The notes below the pieces were generated by a model, which worked only from the letters and a program-made list of their open reading frames with translations, was not told the DNA's origin and made no database searches. Source: an archaeon (GTDB lineage: Archaea; EX4484-52; WAPT01). Taken from it: a stretch of DNA of 64,000 bases. The DNA lies in the NCBI GenBank assembly GCA_029258795.1, contig JAPDKB010000009.1, forward strand, positions 1-64,000. The letters run 5' to 3'. Both the position numbers and the translations under genes were made by a program. This document shows positions 20,545 through 31,956 of this stretch, one piece after another; position 1 is the stretch's first letter; each line of letters starts with the position of its first letter.

Positions 20545-22266
20545 TCACATTTTTTCCATGACCTCAATACCCAGCAGCCCAAGCCCCGTCTTTATAATGA
20601 TGGAAACTGCTTCCACGAGCTTTAACCTGCTGAGCAGCACATCCTCGCTTTCAGCTTTTAAAACCGGGATGTTCTGGTAAAAGCTGTTGAAGTCGTGCGC
20701 AAGTTCGATCAGGTAAGAAGCTATCCTGTGGGGCTCGTAATGTATGGCAGCCTCCTTAATCACTTCGGGGAAGAAAAGCAACCGCTTAACAATATTTTTT
20801 TCTACCTCACTCTCAAGCACAACACTCTCCAGCTTTCTTGCGCGCTCACAAAGCTCCCCTCCAGCCTTCTCAAGTATGGATTTAGCCCTAACATATGTGT
20901 ACTGGAGGTAAGGGCCAGTATCTCCCTCAAAGCTTATCATCTTGTCCCAATCAAAAACAACATCCTTGATTCTGTTCTGGCTTAAATCAGCGAATTTTAT
21001 GGCCGCCACACCCACTTTTTTCGCAATATTCTCCAATTCCTTTCCCTTTATCTCCGGATTCTTTTCCAGAATTATTTTCTTTGCTCTCTCGATAGCTTCC
21101 TTAATCACATCCTCAAGAAAGATCACTCTGCCCTTCCTGGTGCTCATCTTCCCCTCCGGAAGTCGTACAAGCCCGAAATCCACATGCACCAGCTTGTCAT
21201 GAGAAGCATAACCGAGGAGTTCCGCAGCTTTAAACACCTGCTGGAAATAAAGTTTTTGTTCACCTCCCACAACATAAAGTATCTTGTACGGATTGAGTTC
21301 AGACATGCGGTATTTTATGGCAGCGAGGTCTCGTGTCGAATAAAGTGTGGATTCATCCGATTTCCGTATCACGAGATTGGGTAGCCCGTACTTTTCAAGC
21401 TCCACCACCACAGCACCGCTCTCATCTTGTTTGGCTATGCCTTTTTCCAGAGCATCGTTGATCACATCACCACACATCCCAACGTAAAAGCTTTCTCCCA
21501 GCCATAAATCAAATTCCACACCAAGAAGTGCATAGATGCGCTTGAACTCATTCAAGCTTATTTCAACAAACCATTCCCAGAGTTTTCTGTTCTCCTTATC
21601 ACCCTTCTCCAGCTTCGCAAACTCTTCTCTTGCCCTTTCTTCAAGCTCGGGATCACTTTCTGCTTCTCTATGAAACTTAACATAGAGCTCGAGCAGGGCT
21701 TTGACACCACCCTTCTCCACTTCCTCCTTTTTCCCCCAGGTTTTGTAAGCGTAAAGAAGCTTGCCAAATTGCGTACCCCAATCTCCTAAGTGGTTGTCTT
21801 TGATAACTTCATAACCCAAAAATGAGAAGATTCTAGCAATGGCATCCCCAATTATTGTTGATCTTAGGTGGCCGACGCTCATGGGCTTTGCTATGTTCGG
21901 AGAGGACATATCAACAATTATTTTCTTACCATTACCCACATTAGAAGAACCATAGCTATCTTTGCACTCCTCAATTTCCTTCAACAGCTTACAAGCAAGT
22001 ACATTCCAATCAACATAAAAGTTGATGTAACCCCCCTCAGCCCCTATCTCGTCGAAAATTTCGGATTTCGCATCTTTTATTTGGCTTACAGCATCTTCAG
22101 CTATGTTTTGCGGGGATTTTCGGAATTCTTTAGCATACTTGAAACAGGGAACGGCAAATATGGCTTTTACATGTTCCGGAGGAATTTCGATTTCTGGATT
22201 TTTGAGACCCGCATCTTCAACCAGCTTCATTATCGTGTTTCTAATCTCCTCTATTACATAGTTCAT
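20545..22266 (-). CDS. argS: arginyl-tRNA synthetase
   Basis: SSPNIAKPMSVGHLRSTIIGD, GDWGTQFG, KMSTRKG, GPYLQY. Confidence 0.97.
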   Translation of the reverse strand: MNYVIEEIRNTIMKLVEDAGLKNPEIEIPPEHVKAIFAVPCFKYAKEFRKSPQNIAEDAVSQIKDAKSEIFDEIGAEGGYINFYVDWNVLACKLLKEIEECKDSYGSSNVGNGKKIIVDMSSPNIAKPMSVGHLRSTIIGDAIARIFSFLGYEVIKDNHLGDWGTQFGKLLYAYKTWGKKEEVEKGGVKALLELYVKFHREAESDPELEERAREEFAKLEKGDKENRKLWEWFVEISLNEFKRIYALLGVEFDLWLGESFYVGMCGDVINDALEKGIAKQDESGAVVVELEKYGLPNLVIRKSDESTLYSTRDLAAIKYRMSELNPYKILYVVGGEQKLYFQQVFKAAELLGYASHDKLVHVDFGLVRLPEGKMSTRKGRVIFLEDVIKEAIERAKKIILEKNPEIKGKELENIAKKVGVAAIKFADLSQNRIKDVVFDWDKMISFEGDTGPYLQYTYVRAKSILEKAGGELCERARKLESVVLESEVEKNIVKRLLFFPEVIKEAAIHYEPHRIASYLIELAHDFNSFYQNIPVLKAESEDVLLSRLKLVEAVSIIIKTGLGLLGIEVMEKM

Positions 22267-22291
22267 CCCATCACCTGAAGAAGAATTGTGA

Positions 22292-22359
22292 ACCGGCTCA
22301 GGGGGTGTTCACCTCATGCATCTTTTTCCTTAGCTGACGATCTTCACATCATCGCCGGT
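22292..22359 (-). ncRNA. C/D box guide sRNA (predicted 23S Cm1920 and Um2552)
   Basis: terminal stem ACCGGC/GCCGGT, C box ATGATG, D' CTAA, D CTGA; guides AAGATCGTCAG and GGTGAACACCCC are antisense to this genome's 23S at 25716-25726 and 25086-25097. Confidence 0.88.
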
Positions 22360-22381
22360 AAAAATTATCTAAACCTCAAAA

Positions 22382-23248
22382 TTAAAAAATCCCTCTCATT
22401 GCAAGCAATTTCCTTAGATGTTTTATATCGTCTTCATAACCTTTCTCTATCTTGCTCTTTTTACCTATTGACTTCATCAACAACTCGTAGTTCGTGGTGG
22501 AAATCTCCATTATTATCGTTTCTGGAACCTTCAACTTCTCAAATATCTTGCGGTAGTTGATGTGTCCAACACTCAACGGAAGGTGAAAATCTCCTCGAAG
22601 CTTTACGAAAGCAGAGCCGAGGTCTCCCTTGAGCAGGTAAACCAGCGAGCTCCAGGCAGAAGCATGCCTGAAATAAGTGTTGCTTATGTGGAGGTGATCG
22701 GGATTGAGATGCTCCACCCATTCGTACACCTCGTGTTGTTTGTTTGCTTCAACAGCATAGAGAAACATGTGGGGTATGTCAAGCGTAAATCCCAGCCCGT
22801 GTTTTCTTGCCATTTCCTCAACTTTAAAGGGGCTGGCAAGAGACGTGTTTTCGATGGTTATGGTAATTGAATATTTGTCTGGCTTTACAGCAAGCACACC
22901 GTCTTCATCTTTTTTCTGGTGGAACACTATTTTAAGAGCGTTTATTTCCTCGGCAACTTCCAGGCAAGCGTCGATCTTTCGCAGTTCTACATCTACAGGT
23001 TTATAAGGAAAGATGAGCGAGATGTCATCAAAGGAATGAGCAGTGAATTTGAAGTTATAAGATGATGCGAAATCCAAAAACCAGGAAAGCAGATTTTTAT
23101 CGATCTTTCCATGAGGTGTGACAAAGCAATAGACGGGAATTTCCAGAAGTTTGACCTTTCCATCAAGCACTCCGAACTTGTTCTCTACGTATTCCTTAGA
23201 AAATTTACGCCCTTCCACATCAAAGCCATAAAGAATGGTGGAGGACAT
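22382..23248 (-). CDS. AP endonuclease 2 / xylose isomerase-like TIM barrel protein
   Basis: IVFH, IENT, TLDIPH, HLHISN, DFHLPL..GHINY, IIMEI motifs. Confidence 0.75.
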   Translation of the reverse strand: MSSTILYGFDVEGRKFSKEYVENKFGVLDGKVKLLEIPVYCFVTPHGKIDKNLLSWFLDFASSYNFKFTAHSFDDISLIFPYKPVDVELRKIDACLEVAEEINALKIVFHQKKDEDGVLAVKPDKYSITITIENTSLASPFKVEEMARKHGLGFTLDIPHMFLYAVEANKQHEVYEWVEHLNPDHLHISNTYFRHASAWSSLVYLLKGDLGSAFVKLRGDFHLPLSVGHINYRKIFEKLKVPETIIMEISTTNYELLMKSIGKKSKIEKGYEDDIKHLRKLLAMRGIF

Positions 23249-23284
23249 ACTTTTCAATTGTTCAGCACATTAAAAAATTTTGAA

Positions 23285-23410
23285 TGGCGAGCCCGGGGGG
23301 ATTTGAACCCCCGACCTACAGGTTAGAAGCCTGCCGCTCTTTCCGGACCGGAAAGCCGGAAACGCAGGAAAGCCCAGCTTTCCGAGGTGTCCAGGCTGAG
23401 CTACGGGCCC
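23285..23410 (-). tRNA. tRNA-Arg(TCT) with ~48-nt D-loop intron (23341-23388)
   Basis: cloverleaf with CT-TCT-AA loop and encoded CCA; extra D-loop sequence folds into relaxed BHB (CTGG:CCGG). Confidence 0.88.
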
Positions 23411-23413
23411 GCG

Positions 23414-23569
23414 CTACAGCAATCTGATGATTATTTCCAGTGCTGCTATGCCTGCTCCAGCATAAACAATATATTCTGGCTTGATCTGGAACTTTTCCTT
23501 ATACTCATCGAAATACCTTACAAGCCCTGCCGTGCTCAAAGGCATGGAAACTTTCTTATCCTTTGCCAT
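23414..23569 (-). CDS. secG: preprotein translocase Sec61beta/SecG
   Basis: MPLSTAGLVRYFDEYKEKFQIKPE plus one TM helix. Confidence 0.9.
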   Translation of the reverse strand: MAKDKKVSMPLSTAGLVRYFDEYKEKFQIKPEYIVYAGAGIAALEIIIRLL

Positions 23570-23595
23570 GTTCTTTACCTCATTTGTTTTTGTTA

Positions 23596-23920
23596 CGGGA
23601 GGGTGGAGTAAGCCCCCTTCTGTTACGCGCGTCATGGCAGCTCCACGAAATTGCTGGAAGGAGCCACCACCTGATGCGCGCGGAGCATTAGACTGAGCGG
23701 GCACAAAACCCTTGCACCTGAGGTGGCGCGTTTCACCCCGCATGAGTGACCTCAGCTCCATGCATCATCGCATTTCCTCATGCGGGTGTCGTTTCTGCTC
23801 CACCCTCATGCCCTTCCGGCACGGCTCTCTCGAGCCAGCTAACCTGCCTTGTGGCAGGCGGTGGGGGGACTTTCCTCACGCAGCAGATAATGCTGCGCGA
23901 TAGCTCCGCACACCCTCCCG
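23596..23920 (-). ncRNA. rnpB: RNase P RNA
   Basis: P1 CGGGAGGGTG/CACCCTCCCG, GAGGAAAGTCC, GCAGAAACG, GTGAAACG, AACAGAAGGGGGCTTA. Confidence 0.93.
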
Positions 23921-23974
23921 CAAAATAGATATATTTGCTTTGGTTTTTTAAACTTTACTCTCAATTCAGAAGCA

Positions 23975-24319
23975 TCAGTAAGCCGACTCAACGATTTTGT
24001 TGAATCTCCAGAGCGAGTATGCGATCAGGATACCTGAAGGCAGTACTGAGAAAACCGTCAGAAAAGAATACACAAAATAATTTGAGGAATAATAGAATGC
24101 TGCAAGAGTAAAAATTGCTATGATGATTGCACCGAGTCCCATAAGCATAAAGATATTTCTTCCTTGGTTGAACAGGGTTATCGCCCCGAGTTTGGGATTT
24201 ATTTTTATTTTCTTGAGAAGTTCTCTAGTATAATAAGCACATATCACAGCCAGCATTGCATCAATTAACAGCATTGCTGCTATGACGTTTGTATTTTGGA
24301 TTATTCCTTCACCGAACAT
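23975..24319 (-). CDS. small 3-TM membrane protein
   Basis: hydrophobic ORF, GAGGTG RBS, similar layout to upstream ORF. Confidence 0.6.
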   Translation of the reverse strand: MFGEGIIQNTNVIAAMLLIDAMLAVICAYYTRELLKKIKINPKLGAITLFNQGRNIFMLMGLGAIIIAIFTLAAFYYSSNYFVYSFLTVFSVLPSGILIAYSLWRFNKIVESAY

Positions 24320-24322
24320 TTC

Positions 24323-24664
24323 TCACACCTTTTTGAGGTTTCTGCCTAAGGTTATGAAGCACATGGCTATCAGGATTGTACTAGCCATCATGATGGGTAC
24401 ATACAGTATCATAACCCACAACGGAAAAACAGGGTTTATGAGATAAGCTGCTAGGAACTCAATCATAAGAAAAATCACTGCAAGCACCATTCCCCAGAAA
24501 AGATAGTTGAAAGAGTTGAGCAGGATTTCTGGTTTATTAATGAGTGTCACGAGATACTCTTTTTTAACTGTAACTAGACGTATCGAATACCAAGTAATCA
24601 GAAGGAAAAATATCCCTACGAGTATGAAAGAAAATGTCTCCGGATTGATGGTGAACATTGCCAT
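24323..24664 (-). CDS. small 3-TM membrane protein
   Basis: three hydrophobic segments; start placed at ATG 24664. Confidence 0.6.
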   Translation of the reverse strand: MAMFTINPETFSFILVGIFFLLITWYSIRLVTVKKEYLVTLINKPEILLNSFNYLFWGMVLAVIFLMIEFLAAYLINPVFPLWVMILYVPIMMASTILIAMCFITLGRNLKKV

Positions 24665-24764
24665 AAACCAATATTTTGGGCCGTCCTTTATATTATTTAT
24701 AGAAGAAAGCACATATGTATTCGTTTTTTAACGACCCCAGAGGTACTGCCGTTTAGCATGGGCC

Positions 24765-27705
<2,941 letters not shown>

Positions 27706-27768
27706 GCCCATTTTGCTGCGGCAGCACCTCTGGGGGATCATTGGGAAGCATGAAAAACTTCCCTACCC

Positions 27769-27802
27769 TCAGTCCCCGAGACGATGGCTCGGGAACATCA
27801 TC
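27769..27802 (-). other. C/D-like kink-turn hairpin in the ITS
   Basis: GATGATG-TTCCCGAG-loop-CTCGGGGA-CTGA; such L7Ae-binding motifs are known in archaeal pre-rRNA spacers. Confidence 0.6.
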
Positions 27803-27864
27803 TTGGTTTTATTTACCTGTTGAAAGGGAAAGTAAAGGAAGTGTTGTGTGGCCCTTAGATGGGA

Positions 27865-27938
27865 TGGACCCTGAGGGATTTGAACCCTCGGCCTCCGCCT
27901 TGCAAGGGCGGCGATCTTCCAGGCTGATCTAAGGGCCC
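27865..27938 (-). tRNA. tRNA-Ala(TGC), spacer tRNA, no intron
   Basis: uninterrupted cloverleaf, CT-TGC-AA loop, between 16S and 23S. Confidence 0.95.
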
Positions 27939-28024
27939 TTAAAAATGGCGTTTATTTTTCATCGGGGAGAATTTAGTGCTCCGCCAGTGTCCGTGCCATG
28001 CCCGCCACTTTTTGACGGGCGTCG

Positions 28025-28068
<44 letters not shown>

Positions 28069-28150
28069 AACTTAGCCCCCCTCGCGGAGCCCTAGTTCCA
28101 CCCTCCCGGAAAGAGAGGACTTCACTAGGACCCCACTCGGGTGGCTTGAT

Positions 28151-28182
<32 letters not shown>

Positions 28183-28472
28183 GCCGAACGATGCTAACGT
28201 TCGGCTACTAGGGATTCCGCCGTCACGACGGCGAGTTGCAGCCGTCGATCTGTACTGAGACCGGGTTTCGAGGATTAGCTTCCCCTTTCGGGGTCGCATC
28301 CCATTGTCCCGGCCATTGTTGCCCGCGTGTAGCCCGGGGGATTCGGACCATACAGACCTGCCGTCGCCCGCTCCTTCCTCCCGCTTGGCGCGGGCAGTCC
28401 CCCATGAGTGCCGGTGCCACAAGCGTGACACCGTCGCAACATGGGGCGCGGGTCTCGCTCGTTACCTGACTT

Positions 28473-28557
<85 letters not shown>

Positions 28558-28667
28558 ATACCTCTCAGCGCGTCAGGTAAGCCCTTCAGGCTGACCGTCA
28601 TCCTGCTGTCACCCCCGGTGAGGTTCCCGGCGTTGAATCCCATTAAACCGCAGGCCTCACCCCTTGT

Positions 28668-28724
<57 letters not shown>

Positions 28725-28777
28725 CCGCTTAACGGCTTCCCTACGGCACGGCCGAAGCTCGAGACTTCGGCCATACC

Positions 28778-28833
<56 letters not shown>

Positions 28834-28909
28834 TGGCTTTCGCCCCTCACCGTCGGACCCGTTCTAGCCGAGCGCCTTCGCCACAGGTGGTCCCCCCGGG
28901 ATTACAGGA

Positions 28910-28955
28910 ATGTGCTTGCGCAAGCAAGCACATTAAAGCGAGCTTGCTCGCGAAA
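28910..28955 (-). other. 16S insertion/intron in h23 at ~696/697 (46 nt)
   Basis: removal restores GGTGAAATCCTG; relaxed BHB GTGA:GCAC with 10-bp stem GCGAGCAAGC:GCTTGCTTGC. Confidence 0.75.
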
Positions 28956-29948
28956 TTTCACCCCTACCCCGGGAGTACCCTCGGCTCCTCCCGGTCCCAA
29001 GGTGGGCAGTTTGTCCGGCAAGCCCTGCAGTTTTCTGCAGGATTTCACCGGACACTTACCCACCCGGCTACGGGCGCTTTAGGCCCAGTAATCGCGGCCG
29101 CCACTTGCGGGTCCGCTATTACCGCGGCGGCTGCCAGCGGTATTGCCCCCCGCTTATTCCCGGAGCTGTTTAGGCTCCGGAAAAGCCTGCACCCGAAGCG
29201 AGCGCAGGCACTTCGGCTGACTCCGTCACGGTTGCCCGCATTGCGGAAGTTTCGCGACTGCTGCGCCCCGTAGGGCCTGGGGTCGTGTCTCAGACCCCAT
29301 GTGGGGGCTCCTGCTCTCACAGCCCCTACGGATTATCGGCACGTCAGGTATTTACCCTGACGTCAACCTAATCCGCCGCACCCCCACCCTCGGGCGCTTA
29401 CGCTTTCGGGGATGGATCCTTCCAGACCTCATCCCCTATGGGGGATTAGCCTCAGTTTCCCGAGGTTATCCCCCACCCGAGGACAGGTTAGGTACGTGTT
29501 ACTCACCCGTCCGCCGGTGCTCTCGGCCTAGAAAGGCCAAGAGCCCCAGACTCGCATGTCTTAGTCCCAGCCGAATAGCAGCGGCCTCTGGCAGGATCAA
29601 CCAGAATTGGCGGGGCGAGAGCACACGCTCTCGTCCCTGCTCCGGCACTGGAGCACTGGCGGAGTTTCACCATCTCCCCTCATTTAGACCTACTCATCCG
29701 AGCAGGTCCACATCGATTTGGGGTACGGTGGATAGCATCTATCATCGTTTGCGGAGCACGATTATTTGCTCCGCATACTCGGATGCTAACGCCCCATACC
29801 CCGAAGGTTGATGCTCTACAGCTCGAGCACCCGGTGCTTGCGCGCAAGCACCACGTATCATGAATCTCATCCAAAATAAGAATCGATTCACTCATCCGTG
29901 CAAGGTAACATAAATCATTACATAAAACATTTAAATACTTTGTGGTAG

Positions 29949-30065
29949 GGTGGGGGCCGGGATTTTCGGGATGTGTGTTGATTTTGGTGAGGAATTTTAC
30001 ACTTTCGAACCCGGGTCAGAGGCTCCACAGGCCTCCATTCTAGACCAGGCTAAACTACCCCCACC
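29949..30065 (-). tRNA. tRNA-His(GTG) with encoded G-1 and 41-nt intron at 59/60 (29963-30003)
   Basis: CT-GTG-GA loop; TTCG AA|A...CGAA AA|T BHB. Confidence 0.9.
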
Positions 30066-30107
30066 ACAGAAACATAGTTTAAATTGGGAGGCATTTTTAA
30101 AAGTTTT

Positions 30108-31172
30108 TTAGGATTTTCTGATGACGAACTCGCAGAACTCATCACCCATGGCAATGCATTTCGTTTCTTCAGTGGAACATTCCTCACCGAAAAATAGATT
30201 GCCCCAACCCATCATGTAACCTCTAACGGCATCACAAACGGGCTTTGAAGTTTTCACACCCTTTTCAATATAAGTTTCAGCAAAGCCAGAATTGAAGAGA
30301 CGTACTATTATTTCATTCTTATCCATGGTTATAATTTTTGCGATGCCGAAACCCCAGATTCTGGAATAATATTGATCAAGGAATTTCTGCCACATTTTTC
30401 GCTTAGTTGAAAAAGTTGTGAACTCTTTCAAAATGAAGATATATAGTTGGAGGAGTTTGGATACTTTTTTGTACCATTCGGATGCCGATAATGAAATGAT
30501 TCCTGTGATGGAATCACCCATGATTTTCTTTCCTTCCTCCCTTATTGTGAAGTAAAAGCTTGACGGAACTATCAGCTCGGGCCAGCCCTTAAGCATATAA
30601 AATCCTTTATTGGTGTCCAGCTTCACCCCTCCGTAAGGCACCAAATTTCCTGATTGTTTTGGATGCGGTTTCTCGTCAAAATCCCAATTGGATGGGCTAT
30701 CCTCAATCTCAATTGAGAATCTGCATTTATCATCACCACGCGTAACGCATGAAATTTCCACACATCTGCTTTTCCGCCTAGTAGAGCGCTCAGCCAAACC
30801 CTCCAGCACACCTGCGATGTAATGACAGAATGGTGTTTTACGCTTTCCGAATTTTTTAACGAACCCTGTGGAGAAAGGTGTCTCGCGCGCCTCTACTATT
30901 ATCCTGTTCTTATTTTCCTTCTTTAAAGTATATTTTCCCAGCCCAAGCCATGTTAGGGATTCCACACTACTTTCCAACGAGCCGTTTTCAACAGGAACTA
31001 TGAGCGAGGCATCTTTACCTGCTTTGTGGAAGAGAAATCCAGCGGAGGCACCAACCAACCTTTCCATTTCTCTCTTCATGCTCTGAAAAATGTACGCATG
31101 CCTCAGCAGCACTCTGAATCCATTTACATATATCGCGCCCTTTTCCGGGTTGACTAGAATGTCCACGCTCAT
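30108..31172 (-). CDS. tandem V4R domain protein
   Basis: two V4R motifs (PFCHYIAG..EISCVTRGDDKCRF; PVCDAVRG..ETKCIAMGDEFCEF). Confidence 0.88.
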   Translation of the reverse strand: MSVDILVNPEKGAIYVNGFRVLLRHAYIFQSMKREMERLVGASAGFLFHKAGKDASLIVPVENGSLESSVESLTWLGLGKYTLKKENKNRIIVEARETPFSTGFVKKFGKRKTPFCHYIAGVLEGLAERSTRRKSRCVEISCVTRGDDKCRFSIEIEDSPSNWDFDEKPHPKQSGNLVPYGGVKLDTNKGFYMLKGWPELIVPSSFYFTIREEGKKIMGDSITGIISLSASEWYKKVSKLLQLYIFILKEFTTFSTKRKMWQKFLDQYYSRIWGFGIAKIITMDKNEIIVRLFNSGFAETYIEKGVKTSKPVCDAVRGYMMGWGNLFFGEECSTEETKCIAMGDEFCEFVIRKS

Positions 31173-31264
31173 GGTTACCTTATCTAGGTTAAAGCCATAT
31201 ATAAAAATTTTCGTTTTTTGTCGAATAAAAACGGGTAGGTGGAACAAAACTATTTTTAGAATGA

Positions 31265-31400
31265 TGGTGCGGGGGGTGGGACTTTCAGCTGCGAAGCCTC
31301 CAGCAATTATTCAGCTTTCTCCGCAGCATTCGAACCCACGAAGGCACTGAGCCACGGGACCCTGAATCCCGCGCCTTTGGCCAGGCTCGGCAACCCCCGC
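31265..31400 (-). tRNA. tRNA-Leu(CAG) with 47-nt intron at 59/60 (31282-31328)
   Basis: long variable arm, TT-CAG-GG loop, encoded CCA; BHB TTCG:TGAA. Confidence 0.92.
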
Positions 31401-31467
31401 ACTTCAAGCAAAGAACATGAATTAATTGCGCGCAAAAGTTAAAAATGATAGCACAAAGCTCCTTGAT

Positions 31468-31956
31468 ATGGGTGAGAGAAACGATAGAGAGCTCTTGCTA
31501 ATTTCCGCCTGTCTTTTTGGTCTGGATACCAATTACAAAGGAGAGAACAAAAGGCTTGAGAAGCTAGAAGAACTGCTGAAAGATTATATTTTGATTCCTG
31601 TTTGTCCAGAGCAGCTTGGCGGGCTGGAAACTCCAAGAGTTAGCGCGGAAATAGAAACCGGTAAAATCGGAAATGATGTGCTTGAAGGTAAAGCAAGGGT
31701 GATGAGAGAAGATGGTAAGGATGTTACGGAAAACTTCGTGAGAGGGGCTCAGCAAACTTTGACCATCTGTAAGATTCTTGGGATAAAAAAGGCATTGCTA
31801 AAAGAAAGGAGCCCATCCTGCGGTGTGAATGTAATCTATGATGGAACATTCAGCAGGAAGCTTAAGAAAGGAGAGGGTGTCACCACAGCGTTGCTCAGGC
31901 AACACAGCGTAGAGGTTTTCAGCGAGGAAGAGCTAGATAAACTCTTACGGTGTTGA
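31468..31956 (+). CDS. DUF523 / 2-thiouracil desulfurase family Fe-S protein
   Basis: ISACL, PVCPEQLGGLETPR, LKERSPSCG, GEGVTTALL. Confidence 0.9.
   Translation: MGERNDRELLLISACLFGLDTNYKGENKRLEKLEELLKDYILIPVCPEQLGGLETPRVSAEIETGKIGNDVLEGKARVMREDGKDVTENFVRGAQQTLTICKILGIKKALLKERSPSCGVNVIYDGTFSRKLKKGEGVTTALLRQHSVEVFSEEELDKLLRC

Noticed and set aside
23414-23761. 115-aa N-terminally extended SecG
   Set aside because: The extension is RNase P RNA; the real start is the ATG at 23569, which has an RBS
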